The position numbers and the translations under genes were made by a program. This document shows, piece after piece, positions 50,078-64,000 of a DNA stretch of 64,000 nucleotides. Position 1 is the stretch's first letter. The number at the start of each line of letters is the position of its first letter. The notes below the pieces were generated by a model. That model made no database searches and had not been told where the DNA came from. It saw only the letters and a list, made by a program, of their open reading frames with translations. The stretch is from Cetorhinus maximus (lineage: Eukaryota): positions 31,992,001 through 32,056,000 of the forward strand of contig NC_135903.1 in the NCBI RefSeq assembly GCF_964194155.1, in the 5' to 3' direction.

Positions 50078-51148
50078 GTAAGGATACATAATTTAATTTG
50101 CTTCATAGCTCACCAAGTTATAACTTATTTTGGCTTTAAAAGGGCAATTAATATATTAAGCTGGCGATGCTGATGGACTGAATTTGTGTTCCATGTGCTC
50201 TGCCATAAAGTGATAGAATTTCCCCTCACTGCTACATGATAAGCGTGGAAGCTTTGTTCTTCTTCACTAGAAGGGATGGAAAATCAGAGGCCAGGTTTTG
50301 CCACTGGCTTAAGAATGGTGTTTGTATAGGCCTAGAGCCAGGTCGCTTTATGACTTCTTAACCAAAGACTTGACTTGAGGGAAGAAAAATAAATTGAGCA
50401 AGTTGATGTTGTGCATTACTCTGCAATGTAGTAAAACAGTTGAGTTTTCAAAACTATTAGCATTTTAGTTGCCATTTGTGGTTTGATAGTCACTTTCAGA
50501 ATAGCCCTGATGTCTAATTGAGTAATTGTATTGCACATTGTGGTGCTGAGCTGCAAAAGTCAAAAAGGTCCTAGGTTTGATTCTTGTGTTGACAGGTAAT
50601 TTGCTATTTATTCTCTGCACCATTAGAATGAGGAAGTGTGCTTGCTTACTTATTGTAAACCACTGACCTCTGGTGGAAGTGAGAATATGTCTAAACATAT
50701 GTTGAAGACAGGACATGGCTTTGTTGTGATACAGCTGTTGACTAGCCATACTTGCCTTAAAAGGAGTACAGAAGTTCACTAGACTGATAGGTGGGATGAG
50801 GGGGTTGACTAGACTGGGAGTAGATTTCTTTGAGTTTAGAATGAGAGGTAATCTAATTGAAACAGGTAAAATGCTTAAGGGACGTCACAGGGTAGATGTT
50901 TGAAGGATGTTTCCCCTGGGTGTAGAGTCTAAAACTAGGGATCATCGACTCAGACTCAGACTACAGGGTCAGCCATTTAGAACCGTGATGAGAAGAAATT
51001 TCTTCACTAAAAGGGTTGTGATCTTTAGAATTATCCACCACAGCGAGGTATGGATGCTCAGATATTTAATATATTCAAGACTGAGATTGACAGATTTTTG
51101 AATAAGGGAATCGAGGGATATGGAGTTGGTGTGGGATGATGGAGTTCA

Positions 51149-52476
51149 CAGAATCTCACAGTACAGAAGAGGCCCTTCAGCCCATCGAGTCTGCACCGAC
51201 ACATGAGAAACACCTGACCTACCTACCTAATTCCATTTACCAGCACTTGGCCCATAGCCTTGAATGTTATGACGTGCCAAGTGCTCATCCAAGTACTTTT
51301 TAAAGGATGTGAAGCAACCCGCCTCCACCACCCTCCCAGGCAGCGCATTCCAGACTGTCACCACCCTCTGGGTAAAAAAAGTTTTCCCTCACATTTCCCG
51401 CCCCCCCCCCCCCAAACTTCCTGCCCCTCACCTTGAACTTATGTCCCCTCGTGACTGACCCTTCAACCAAGGGGAACAGCTACTCCCTATCCACCCTGTC
51501 CATGCCCCTCATAATCTTGTACACCTTGATCTGGTCGCCCCTCAGTCTTCTCTGCTCCAACGAAAACAACCCAAGTCTATCCAACTTCTCTTCATAACTT
51601 AAATGTTTCATCCCAGGCAACATCCTGGTGAATCTCCTCTGCACCCCCTCCAGTGCAATCACATCCTTCCTATAATGTGGCAATCAGAACTGCACACAGT
51701 ACTCCAACTGTGGCCTCACCAAGGTTCTATACAACTCCAACATGATCTTCCTACTTTTGTAATCTATGCCTCGATTGATAAAGGCAAGTGTCCCATATGC
51801 CTTTTTCACCACCCCACTAACATGCCCCTCCGCCTTCAGAGATCTATGGACACACACGCCAAGGTCCCCTTGTTCCTTAGAACTTCCTAGTGTCATGCCG
51901 TTCATTGAATACTTTCTTGTCAAATTACTCCTTCCAAAGTGTATCACCTCACTTTTCAGGGTTAAATTCCATCTGCCACTTATCTGCCCATTTGATCATC
52001 CCATCTATATCTTCCTGTAGCCCAAGACACTCAACCTCACTGTTGACCACCCGGCCACTCTTTGTCAACCTCAAACTTACTAATCCTACCCCCCACATAG
52101 TCATCTATGTCATTTATATAAATGACGAATAATGGGGGACCCAGCACAGATCCCTGTGGTACGCCACTGGACACTGGCTTCTAGTCACTAAAGCATCCTT
52201 CTGTCATCACCCTCTGTCTCCTACAACTAAGCCAATTTTGAATCTACCTTATCAAATTACCCCGTATCCCATGTGCATTTACCTTCTTTATAAGTCTCCC
52301 ATGTGGGACCTTGTCAAAGGCTTTGCTGAAATCCATATAAACTGCATCAACTGCACTACCCTCATCTACACACCTGGTCACCTCCTCAAAAAATTCAATC
52401 AAATTTGTTAGGCATGACCTCCCTCTGACAAAGCCATGCTAACTATCCCTGATCAAACCTTACCTCTCCAAATGGA
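51149..52476 (-). mobile_element. CR1 LINE nested in an older + strand CR1 tail (50735-51148 and 52477-52540)
   Basis: LELYRTLVRPQLEYCVQF, LEGVQRRFTRMLPG; TSD GAGTTCA at 51142-51148 and 52477-52483. Confidence 0.9.
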
Positions 52477-52965
52477 GAGTTCAAGCAAAAGATCAGCCAT
52501 GATTTTTATTGAATGGTACAGCAGGCTTGAGGGGCCCTGTTTATGATGTACATTGTTCTAGTTCACCAATGAACTTTCATTTACATTTTATATTTTGCAT
52601 TTCAAAGTGCTTCATATATAAGTTACTTTGAAGTGCCATATCTGTTATGTCATCAAACAGTATATTTTGGAATTTTATCCCACCAATAGAAATTAGGGAA
52701 GAAGAGAAAATTGGGGGGGTGTGGAAAAAGTTTACCTCTCCCTTGTTCTTATTCCCTTTAACCATACACAAAGAAAGCAACTTTACTCTAGTATGTATGC
52801 ATAGATTTTATTGTAATAGTTTACAATGAAGTTATGAAATAATGTCAAATGATGGAAAATTATAATTTCAAACTATAAAACAGGCTTATAATTTTAAAAA
52901 AATGTTTTCTCCAAAGACTTTAATCATCTGGTTAATTTAGTTAAGTTTATCGGATTATCTGTGAG

Positions 52966-53642
<677 letters not shown>

Positions 53643-55791
53643 TGAAAATTCTGTTGGAAGTGAAATCATGTGCTTCTGTATAATATATATATATGGGGTG
53701 ACGCAAGAATATACGATGGCTCTTCTTCCATACAGCTCATTTTTAGTCAAACCAATTTAGAGACAAGGTCATCAGTATGGTATTATTAATTTCAAAATGT
53801 TTGTACATTTTAGACCAGGAAACATTGTTTAAAATTGAACAGTAGCTGGATTTCAAAAGGGAACTTATTTATTCTTAAGGCTGATTTCCCATTCTTTTCC
53901 TGCTGATAATCTGGGATCTGAGCATGTTCATCCACCAAAATGGAGCTATGTAACCTCACCTTCCCCTTTAAGACCAGGGTTCAGGTACTCCAGGGAAGTG
54001 ATCTAAAGAGGCACTTCCTGAGTCAACCTAATGGATAATGGCCACGGGAAGTTTCTCTGGAAATCAGCATGCTCCAAATACAACTTAGCAATTCAATTTT
54101 TGGAGCCATTGTGGGTCACTTGGTATGACACCCCCTCACTCACTGAAAAACATTTTTAAAAACGTTGTAAATCTGACTTCCTGGTCTTGGGCAGAGGCCA
54201 AATTATAAAGAGCAGAGAAAGCAGCTGGAAATGATTGGTGTTCTATCCCTCAATTTTTCTTTTGGAGTTGTTTGGTTGAAGTGTGATCAATGTATGTGGC
54301 ACTCTTTATATATCAGATGGCCTGTGGCCTTGCAGCTGGTGAGGCAAAGGAGACCATCATGGGAGTGTTGTCATGTCATCCACAATGGCTCCGAGAATAC
54401 TCTTCTGCTTACTGCTGGAGGGGCAATCATTTCTCTGATGGTAAAGGAGAGGAAAACTGGACAGAGCCAGAATTGCCCCAGGGTTTCTAGGGCTTGCTTT
54501 AAGGGGATGGAGTAGAGGCTATGCTTAAGTGCTTCCCAAACTATTTCCCAATGTGACCCCATTTTAACACTTTAATTAATGTGACCCCAGATGCAAACAA
54601 AAACAAAGCAGCATAGTAACATTTGGTATATAATTATTAAAGTTTGTGTATTATATATCAATGTGTAATAAATACATCATATAAATATGAAAATCTATGT
54701 TTTAAAGTACTTTGTAAAAATCTTATTATTTCATCTACTTGTGTAGATTTCACTCAAGCTCTCCATATTCCCCATGATAGAATACTCAGTGAAGGCCCTC
54801 TCCTCTTGCTATCTGGCCTATGATAGCCACTTATTTGCCCTGCTGCATGTTGCTCCCTTTAAAGGTGGCAGCCATTAACCTTGGCCTGTCACTGGGAGAA
54901 GCTCCGCAGCTGCCACCCTGCTCGGTGCAAATGCGGGGCTGGTAGCTTCTTATCAGAGTTTGCGGTCTACGTGATATGTTAATGAAGCCCTGCTGCTCAC
55001 CCATCAGGTTCAATCCTCCGCCACACCTTGGAGTGAAACTGAGAGAGGGCAAGGCTAGGGCTGGGGACCATCTGGGCCTTGGTGTGGGTGCTGTCTCGGA
55101 GGAAGGGTGCTTGTGACCCCGTACGCTGAAGCTCTGCTATTCTTACAATAAGAACCAGCCTAATGTTGGCATTAGCAGTGACATTGGGGAGGTTTCCTGG
55201 CCCTTTTCCTTCCCTTGTGTCTTGGGGTGTCCATTAACATTCCAACAACCCCCCACTCAATGCCCCACCCAGTCAAGAAGCTGACAGTGAAACACATCTC
55301 TGGTCTCTCCTTATATTAACATGCTTTAGGGGGCCAGTCAAAAATCTGACGGAGATCTCAAATATAGGTAGCCTGCTTCTTTCCTAGGTACCTACTGGAA
55401 TTCTGGATCTGGAGGTTATCCGGCAGTTGTTCTTCAACAGCAGCCAGAAATCTCCCAGCTCCTGTGATCAGGTCCACAGCTGGTTCTGCCCTCAATTATT
55501 GGCGCAAGTCCTTGCTGGGGATATATTGGGGTGTTTGCGACCTGGTCCACTAAATTTTAGAACATTTTGGCATGGACAGGTGGTGTGCCCCATTGATTTC
55601 TGCTTATGCACCCGGATAAAAAAAATGGGAGCAATATTGGGGCACAATATGTTATCAAACTTATTGATTTATGGAGACTAAAGTCAAATTTTGTTTTGAC
55701 AAATCAACAGTGTTGTGGGGAAATTATATGCTAAACACAAGGTTGATATTGCATTTGTTATTAAATTCTATGGGTACTTGTTTTTAAATAG

Positions 55792-55929
<138 letters not shown>

Positions 55930-55969
55930 TAGGTTATTAACGCTATTTCTATTGTATTCCAAAATATAC

Positions 55970-56533
55970 GGGCGGAATTTTGTCGTCGGTATGTGGGGGC
56001 GAGCCCTGCATACTGACGCATTAAATGACACGCGGTGATGTCGGTCGTGCGTCCTGACGTCATTCCAATCTTCCATTCGTGCATGCCCGCTGAACTGTCA
56101 AAGGCCTGTTAAGGCCATTAATAAACTAATTAAACTAATTCTGAACGCTGCCTGTCCAACCTTAAGGCTGGCGGGCAGGCGAAGAGCCCAAGTGGCCTTC
56201 ACCTTTTTCGTGAAACCTCATCCACAGGCGGAATGAGGTTTCATGAAGTTTTTATTAAATTAATAAATATTTTTTAAACATTTCATAAATGTTCCAGCTC
56301 ATGTGATACTGTCACATGAGGGGACATGTGTAAATGATTTTTAGCTTTCTTTATTTCGAACTTTAAATCTGAACTAAATCTCCGAGGCAGATAGTGCTAC
56401 TGGGCGTGGGTCACACTGGGCGGGCCTTAATTGGCCCACCCATGTAAAATGCCAGCGCGCAGCCGATTGCAGGCGGCGATCGGCTCTGTGCCCGCTCCCA
56501 ACCGGCCTGCCCGACAGACAGAAGATTCTGCCC
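55970..56533. mobile_element. PIF/Harbinger-like MITE, inverted homolog of 30544-31185
   Basis: TIRs GGGCGGAATTTT...AAGATTCTGCCC; CCTGTCCAACCTTAAGGCTGGCGGGCAGG is nearly the reverse complement of 30955-30985. Confidence 0.8.
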
Positions 56534-56784
56534 TATATGTGGTTTATCATCCAGATCAATTCCAGTTGGAGAATATAAGACCTCCATCAGCAGAACAAGA
56601 CTATAAAGCTCCAGACAATGTTGTAAAGCAGTTAAACGAACCCAAGAAATGTTTTTTTTAATATCCTAGAATAACTTCTTCAAAACTATATTTCTAAAGA
56701 CGGTTGCATGTTGTGCCAAGTTTTTAGTGAAATGTAATGCCTCCTGATTAGGTGTGATTGACTGTTTATATGTTCTTGATGCAG

Positions 56785-56979
56785 GAACTGTTTAGAGATA
56801 CTTGAACAAATGAATGAGGAAGATGAAGAGAAACTACTGGAAGAGCTAAAATCACTTAATTCCAAAGAGGACTATTTAATCCAGGAACTTGAAAATGTGG
56901 AAGTGAAACGGAAGAAGGTAGCGGATGATTTGGCTGAGGTTAGGGCAGAGACAGATAGGCTCAATCAAGAAGAAGCCCA
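56785..56979 (+). CDS. BECN1: BECN1 coding exon 6 (coiled coil)
   Basis: CAG|(K)[39 protein letters not shown]...RLNQEEA(Q)|GTGAGT, 195 nt. Confidence 0.95.
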
Positions 56980-57603
56980 GTGAGTAGACCAGTTTTAATG
57001 TAAAAGTGCAACACAATACCTTCTATAACTGATAGCGCATGATATTCATTGCTTCCCTCACTAATAAAGAGTACACATGAAGCAGTCTCTTTATCGTAAG
57101 GTTTTTATATTCTAATAATTAAACCCTGTGCTACAGGAGGAAAAGAGGTGTACATTGCAAATTAGGTGACTCACTTAAACAATGACTGCCGGCCCAGTTT
57201 CCAATCCAAAAAAAACCCTGAAATACTAATACATTTACATCATAAGAATGATGTAAATTTCCAGTCTTTTATACAAGTTCAAGTATAATAGCCAAAGATG
57301 GATTCTGTCATAGAGAGAGACTTGTAGAAATTGATTGTTATTTTTATCCAATTGTATTACATACACCAGCACAGAAGAATCTTAGGATTTTCTCTCTTTT
57401 TTTGTTCTTTTGTTTGAGCTTGAAATCTAGGTTTCACATCACAGAACAAATGCATAAATCGCAAACATGTTAAACATTTAAGAGTTTTTGGCATCCTGCT
57501 ATAAACTATAATAAGATGCAAGAAATCTGTTACACTAAAAATTTCTTGCTTTTGTCTAATAAAGTTCCAATAATTTGTAAGAAAGGAATGTGACTCATTC
57601 TAA

Positions 57604-57789
<186 letters not shown>

Positions 57790-58419
57790 TAAGAACTAGT
57801 CAACTGCACCTGTATTTTAGACTGATGAATGCCGCAGCTGTCATCAATGCATATCCTGTACAATCCATGCATTCAGAGACTGCATTCCAATCAATTAAAT
57901 GAGCTGAATTCAATGAATTGGGTGAGTCTAGGAGGTACATTAGTGCCATTCAAGGATAAGTAGTCTCTATTGCTGTGGCAGGACTGCAGGCTCAGCCTCA
58001 TTGTTAACTTGGTTCTGTCTTAACATGTTTGTCTGCTTTCCTCAATGATCATCCACAATCTCTGGAACATTGGAGCAGAGGGGAATCTGGTTTCTAAGGG
58101 GGTACAATGGTTATGCTCCTGGATTATGCTAAAATTAGCTACATTCTTGAATATAAGATGCTGAAACTACTTGTGGTAATAACTAACACATCTAAACTTG
58201 AGAAATCTAAAGCAAACTCAAAATTTGTAATAGTTGGAATATAATCATTTCATTTCTGGGATGTGGACTTGACTCCATGATGATGGCATAAAATCCTTTT
58301 CTCTCCCCCCACCCCCGCCCCAAAGGATCATCAGCCATTTTCCTACAAGGATAGTTAGTATGGGAATGTCTAACTGATGCAGCAGTGCAGCAATGTCACT
58401 GCTGCAGCTGTTAAAAAAT

Positions 58420-58935
58420 TCTTTCATAGGATGCATGTGTCGCTGGCGAGGGCAGCATTTATTCCCCATCTGTAATTGCCCTTGAGAAGGTGGTGGTGAG
58501 CAGCCTTCTTGAAAGACTGCAGTCCATGTGGTGTAGGCACACCCACTGTTAGGGAGTGCCAGGATTTTGACCCAGCGACAGTGAAGGAATGGTGATATAG
58601 CTCCAAGTCAGAATGGTTCGTGGCTTGGAGGGGAACTTGCAGGTGATGGTGTTCTCATGCATCTGCTGCCTTGTCCTTCTAGGTGGTAGAGGTCATGGGT
58701 TTGGAAGGTGCTGTTGAAGAAGCCTCGGTGACTTGCTGAAGTGCATCTTGTAGATATACACACTGCTACCACTGTGTCAGTGGTACAGGAAGTGAATGTT
58801 CAGGGTGGCAAATGGGGTACCAACCAAGTGGACTGCTTTGGTCATGGATGGAATTGAGCTTCTAGAGTGTTGTTGGAGCTGCACTCATCCAGGCAAATGG
58901 AGAACATTCCATCACATCCTTGCCATGTGCCTTAT
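58420..58935 (-). mobile_element. CR1 LINE 3' fragment
   Basis: Same family as 3826-4596 and 6478-7763. Confidence 0.85.
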
Positions 58936-60193
58936 AGAATCACTTGTAAAAGCTCTCAAGCCTTGCAATTTAACTCACAAAACAATTTGCATTTATGTTT
59001 ATTATGTTTTCTTTGTTTTGAATTTTGTGGGCCTGAAGGTTTGGAAATCACTTCATTGATGCACAGATCCTAAATGAGAACATTTATTTATATCAGAATG
59101 TTGAGATATATGCAAATAAATGGGAATGTAGATTTTCCACCTTCCTGTGTCAATATTTCAACAGGAATGGAGTGGGAAAGGATGGGAAGTGGATCAAGAA
59201 CCTGTTTTGCTTGATCCCTACTCATATTTATAGCCCTCCCATTTCCTGCCAGGAGTGACTCCTTGCACATCATCAATGGCTAGATATATAGAAGTGATGG
59301 AAATATATTATCCAGTAATAACCTAGAAATGTTATCAAGGCAGATTCATAAACCTAATGGAACATGTTGAATATGATGCTGTTCATGTTTAGGTGTCACA
59401 TGGCCAGGAACTGCCAATTTCTGTAGACAATGATCACCCACCTCTTCATGAAAACATGGTTTTCCCTTATCTCACGAAACAGCATGAAAAAGGTCTGGCC
59501 TGCTTTCTTGCATACAACCTGACAGTTACTGAGGCACAGCAGTGGGAGAGGATTTCTGGGCAATAACCTGTGATGACAGTAGCCATCTTTGTGTACCTTA
59601 TCTCCAGGCTTTCAAGCCAAGGATGCTGTTTTGCTTTGCCCTTTTGACCTTCCATGTTAAATATCCTAGTGTCCTGGCCTCACTACAATTAAAATGAAAG
59701 ATATAAACTATTAATGTTACAGTTGAAAATGGGACTGATACTCATTTTTGTATAATTTCTATGTCGTTTCACTCAAGATTGCAAAGGGATTCTTGTAAAT
59801 TTATTCTGGCCAGCATTAATACAAACCATCCAATTATTCCTCCCTCTCTAAACCCACTTGATTTTTAACGTCCTGTTTGCAATACCAAATGAGACTGTCT
59901 AGTGTTACTTTAGTTTTTGCAGCTCATTCTATTGTGGACAGGTTCAATGTGATGTTGGACAAGACAATAGAAGGATTCATAGTTTAAGGGCATGCACAAA
60001 ATGTTACATCTTTCTTTTCATTCATGTTTTTTTTTACAATTAATGTTACCAAATAATTTCCCTTCATTCACTAACTTGAATTGTATGACATTTAGATTGA
60101 AAACTGGCTTAATCATATCTGAATTTAGAATGTATGTAAATTGTGATATCTTTTATGGTTTTATCTTTCATTACTGGGCAATATGAATTTCAG

Positions 60194-60343
60194 GCACAGT
60201 GGACAGTTTGGCACTATTAATAACTTCAGACTGGGGCGTCTACCTAGTGTTCCTGTGGAGTGGAATGAAATTAATGCAGCTTGGGGGCAGACTGTGCTAC
60301 TACTGCACTCACTGGCCAACAAGATGGAACTCCGATTTCAAAG
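60194..60343 (+). CDS. BECN1: BECN1 coding exon 8 (BARA/ECD)
   Basis: CAG|(W)[49 protein letters not shown](R)|GTGCAT, 150 nt. Confidence 0.97.
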
Positions 60344-61599
60344 GTGCATTCTGAAACAGCATTTAGCTTATACGTATTGTGAAACTTGTAATGATGAATT
60401 TTGAAATGACACCTGTTTTTGTTATAATCATAAATACCAGAAAAACAATAATTGAAATTGTGAACAAAATTGGTCTAATTCCTAATTAAGAATTTCAAGC
60501 ATGAGGGAAAATTGGACAACTGAATCTCTCCCTCAGCACACTTTTTTTGAAGAAAAACTTTTTTAAATTATAAGAAATTATATGCTCCTCACCTCTGTAC
60601 AATTATTTTTCTTAAGCAATATTTGATGTAATTAAATAACCAAGGATTTATTAATGCTAAGACTGGTTATAATGTTAAAAAATTGAGCATTTACCCGGCA
60701 TATGTTGGCAATTCTGCCATTTCACTGTGTTTCAATTGTCTTCCTCACATTTGATTGGGACGCCCCTCCAGCTTCCTCCTGTTCGTGAGATGACCAATGA
60801 CTCTGGGGCCATTCATATATGGGAAGTGGACTTCCTGGCCTCTAGGAACTTGTGCCAGTAGGGTGGAGGGTCGGAGACCTGTAGCTGCCTAGGGAACTGC
60901 ACAGAGACAGAGGTGACAGGCACATGACCTAATAACACAGTTTTTTTTCTGCACAAGCTTTTTTTACTTGATGGAACATGTGCAGTACCAGAGGGTGCTT
61001 ACACAGGCTCTCTTCCAGTTTTTGCCCTTGTGTTCCTTCAACTGAACTTGGGGGGGCTTACCCGGCAGCACCTGGATTTTGTGTAAATGACGGGAAGCTC
61101 TGCAGAGGCCATGAGTCTCTGATTTGCCCATCTTTACAGAATACCCACCTACACTGAGGAAGTTTCTCCTGAGCAGATCTGGAAGTAAATGTGTAGCAGG
61201 TGATAACATATATGAGAGTTGCTCATTGCCAAATTGCTTGCTGCCTTCGACTAACCTAGATCTGTCGAAAACAGTGAGGAAAGCCTAGGCCAGTAATTCC
61301 CAACCAGCCACTTTTGGTGATAGTTGGATTCAGGCTTAAGTGGCCAGTGGGACTGAGTAAAGTGCCGCCTACAAAGTTGAATCCTGAAGTTGAAGTGATA
61401 ATGGGTGGGAGTGGCACTGTGGACTATTCTTACAATTTATTTACTCCATATTAAATGCTGAAGGTTGTCCACCTGGTGCATTGAAAAATCTAAGTGCTTG
61501 ATGGAATAATTAGTTATGTATGTCATAGAATGGCAGTAGAGAGAAATTCTCATAGCCATCTGCTCTTATGAATACTCTTGAGCATTTTTTTTTGTTTGC

Positions 61600-62630
61600 T
61601 TATACAACAACTTGCATCTCCATAGCACCTTTAACTTAGTAAAACATCCCAAGGCATCTCACAGGAGTGTAAACCCACAAACTTTGATGCTGAGCCAAAG
61701 GAGACATTAGGACAGGTGAGCACAGAGTTTGGTTTTAAGGTGATTTTCAAGGAGCAGAGGTTCAAGGAGAGAATTCCAGAGGTTGAAACCGGATGTAAGG
61801 AATATGCAAGAGGCCAGCGTTCAAATTCTTACAGGGCTGCAGGAGGTTCGAGATGGGAGGGATGAGGCCATGGAGGGATTTTAACATGAAAATTTCTGAA
61901 TCGGGATGTTTTTGGTCTGGGAGTTAATGCAGGGCAGTGAGCATGGGTGATTGGTAAATGCGACTGTGTTGGGATACATGCAGCAGAATTTTGGATGCGA
62001 TTTTGGAAGGTAGATGTGAGAATCAGAAAAGTTGCATCTGGGGTTAACAAAAGCATGGATGAGGGATTCAGCAGTAGGTGGGTGATGAAGGAGAAGGGAG
62101 AAGTGATATTTTGGAGGTGGAAATAGGAGGTCTTTGTGATAGAGTTGAAATGGGGTTGGAAGCTCAGGGTCAAATAGGGTGTTGTGGTTCTGGCGGGTCT
62201 GATTCAGCCTGAGGCCATGGCCAGGGAAAGGAATGGAATTGGTAGCTAGGAAACAATTTGTGGTGGAGCAGAAGGCAAAGGCTTTGTTCTTCCCAATGAA
62301 GAAATTTCAACTCATCCAGGACTTGAGGTCAGACCAGCAGTATGACAATAGATGCAGTGGAGGGGTTGAGTGAGGCAGAACTGGATATAGTAGATACATG
62401 TGTGGAATTCGACGAGTTTTTGGATGAAGTTGCCAAAGTGTAGATGAGAAATAGGAGAATGCTGTGGTTAGTACCTCAGAGTCAAAAGATAACAATGTGG
62501 AGGTGGAAAGAGAAACTGTTGTGGGAGGCTCTCTAGCCATGACTAGATAGGTAAGAGTGGAACTAGGTGAGTGCAGTCCCACTCAGTTGAACAAGGGAGG
62601 ATGGCTTTGCAGAAGGATGGTGTAATAAAC
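61600..62630 (-). mobile_element. L2-like LINE fragment
   Basis: Minus ORFs LSFQPHFNSITKTSYFHLQNI, RIQNSAAC, CWSDLKSWMS typical of the L2 RT C-terminus. Confidence 0.75.
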
Positions 62631-62887
62631 TAGGTAATTATTTAATTCAGTGGGGGGGAAATGATCTGATATTTGTTAAGCTGTGTCCAGCCTTGTTTGC
62701 CACATGGGAATGGAAGCTTCCTGTGAGTGACATTTCTGATGTGTAAAGAGAGATCATTTTGTCATGAATTTCCCCATCAATCAAGTCCAGTTCATCCCAA
62801 TAATATGTGACGAATGCCTGGAAATGCAAAAATTTTTTGTGTTTACTCAACTAATTACTTTATGGAAAATATTTCTCCATTTTATAG

Positions 62888-62948
62888 GTATCGTCTTGTC
62901 CCTTATGGAAATCACTCATACTTGGAATCACTTACAGACAGAGCCAAG
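62888..62948 (+). CDS. BECN1: BECN1 coding exon 9
   Basis: TAG|(R)[20 protein letters not shown]|GTCTGT, 61 nt. Confidence 0.96.
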
Positions 62949-63941
62949 GTCTGTACTGCCTTTGTAAACAGGGAAAATGTCTTTGTGAGAATATTCAGTA
63001 CTATTATCTACCAATAAATTTGAATTTAGATGTTGAAATATTTAATTGGAAAAATGTGCAGTTTTTGAAGTAGTTTTCAGAAGAAGTTAGGAGAGAAAAC
63101 TCCTGGAAACAGAATTAGGAACTGGGTTAGGTTAGGTCTCTCCTGAGACTTGGGTTAAGATCCTGCCAAGACTGCTGAGATGACTATAAATTAAATGAAC
63201 TGGGGCAATCTTAACCCATTTCTACCAGACTGAACTTCACAGTGCCAATCATTTGGCATGAAGCCACAAGTGTGAATTGGTGTGTAAGTCTTCTAAGGTT
63301 GCGATTAATATTTTTAATTGTGGGGGAAATTGTTTTACCCTGCTAATCTATGCTGCACATGATCTCGAAGTGCTTTATACTGACATTAGATCAAAATATG
63401 GAAAATGTTTTTCCACTACTAACATGCAGTTTAGACTTATATAACAAACATCGTTAGGATAAGAATATCTCACTAGGTCAATGTGAAAATATGAAAAAGC
63501 AGTGTAACTTCATTACTTTTGCTCTTTAAATACATATTTGCCTATTTGTTTTCTTAGTTTTATTAGAATTAGTTCATATGATTCCCCTTTGCCTGTTAGG
63601 TTTCTGTTGATTAAATGGATGTTTATAATTTTAAAAAAGTAATAGCAGTGTCATGATAATGTAGCACAATGGGCCCATGTATGGTGGAATGCAAGTTTGA
63701 TTTGTTTTTCTTTCCCCACTAATTTCTGTTTTAGTAGTGCCATTGTGGGAGGAAAAGTAATTCTTGGGCACCCCTTGCACCACCTAGCAATCTATTCAAA
63801 ACAGCATTATCCACATTCTTAGTTGTAGTTGTTTTTGGGAATGAGAGAAGAGAGGGAGTTTACCATCAAATAGGCAAGAAGTTAAGCATAGTGGATTTGC
63901 ATTTTTAAATTAAGCATCTTCTGTTTAACTTGATGTTGTAG

Positions 63942-64000
63942 GAGCTGCCCTTGTACTGTTCTGGTGGATTGCGATTCTTCTGGGATAACAAATTTGATCA
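63942..64000 (+). CDS. BECN1: BECN1 coding exon 10, truncated by the window end
   Basis: TAG|ELPLYCSGGLRFFWDNKFD(H); includes the FFW aromatic finger. Confidence 0.96.

Overview
Eukaryotic, intron-rich, repeat-rich vertebrate DNA, most likely from a shark or other cartilaginous fish (inferred from Deu-domain SINE, CR1 and Penelope families and from protein divergence). It shows the conserved AOC2/3 - PSME3 - BECN1 block. The window holds the large first coding exon of a membrane copper amine oxidase (- strand, 105-1662), PSME3 exons 2-11 (- strand, 36901 to 13919; exon 1 not found) and ten coding exons of BECN1 (+ strand, 46758 to the window end). PSME3 and BECN1 are head-to-head across a 200-N gap that probably hides the shared promoter. 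Most short ORFs in the track are transposon fragments or noise. The main unexplained observation is a ~275-bp, ~76-78% identical copy of a BECN1 exon, its splice donor and downstream intron at 11293-11568, in the likely distal 3' UTR of PSME3 and antisense to it, so a long PSME3 mRNA would be complementary to a BECN1 pre-mRNA splice site. Also notable: Penelope-derived minimal hammerhead ribozyme motifs (one with an intact core, sense in PSME3 intron 1), fold-back Penelope mini-elements with TSDs, and a perfect 24x16-bp G4/GC-box minisatellite. All alignments were done by eye and human reference details are from memory.
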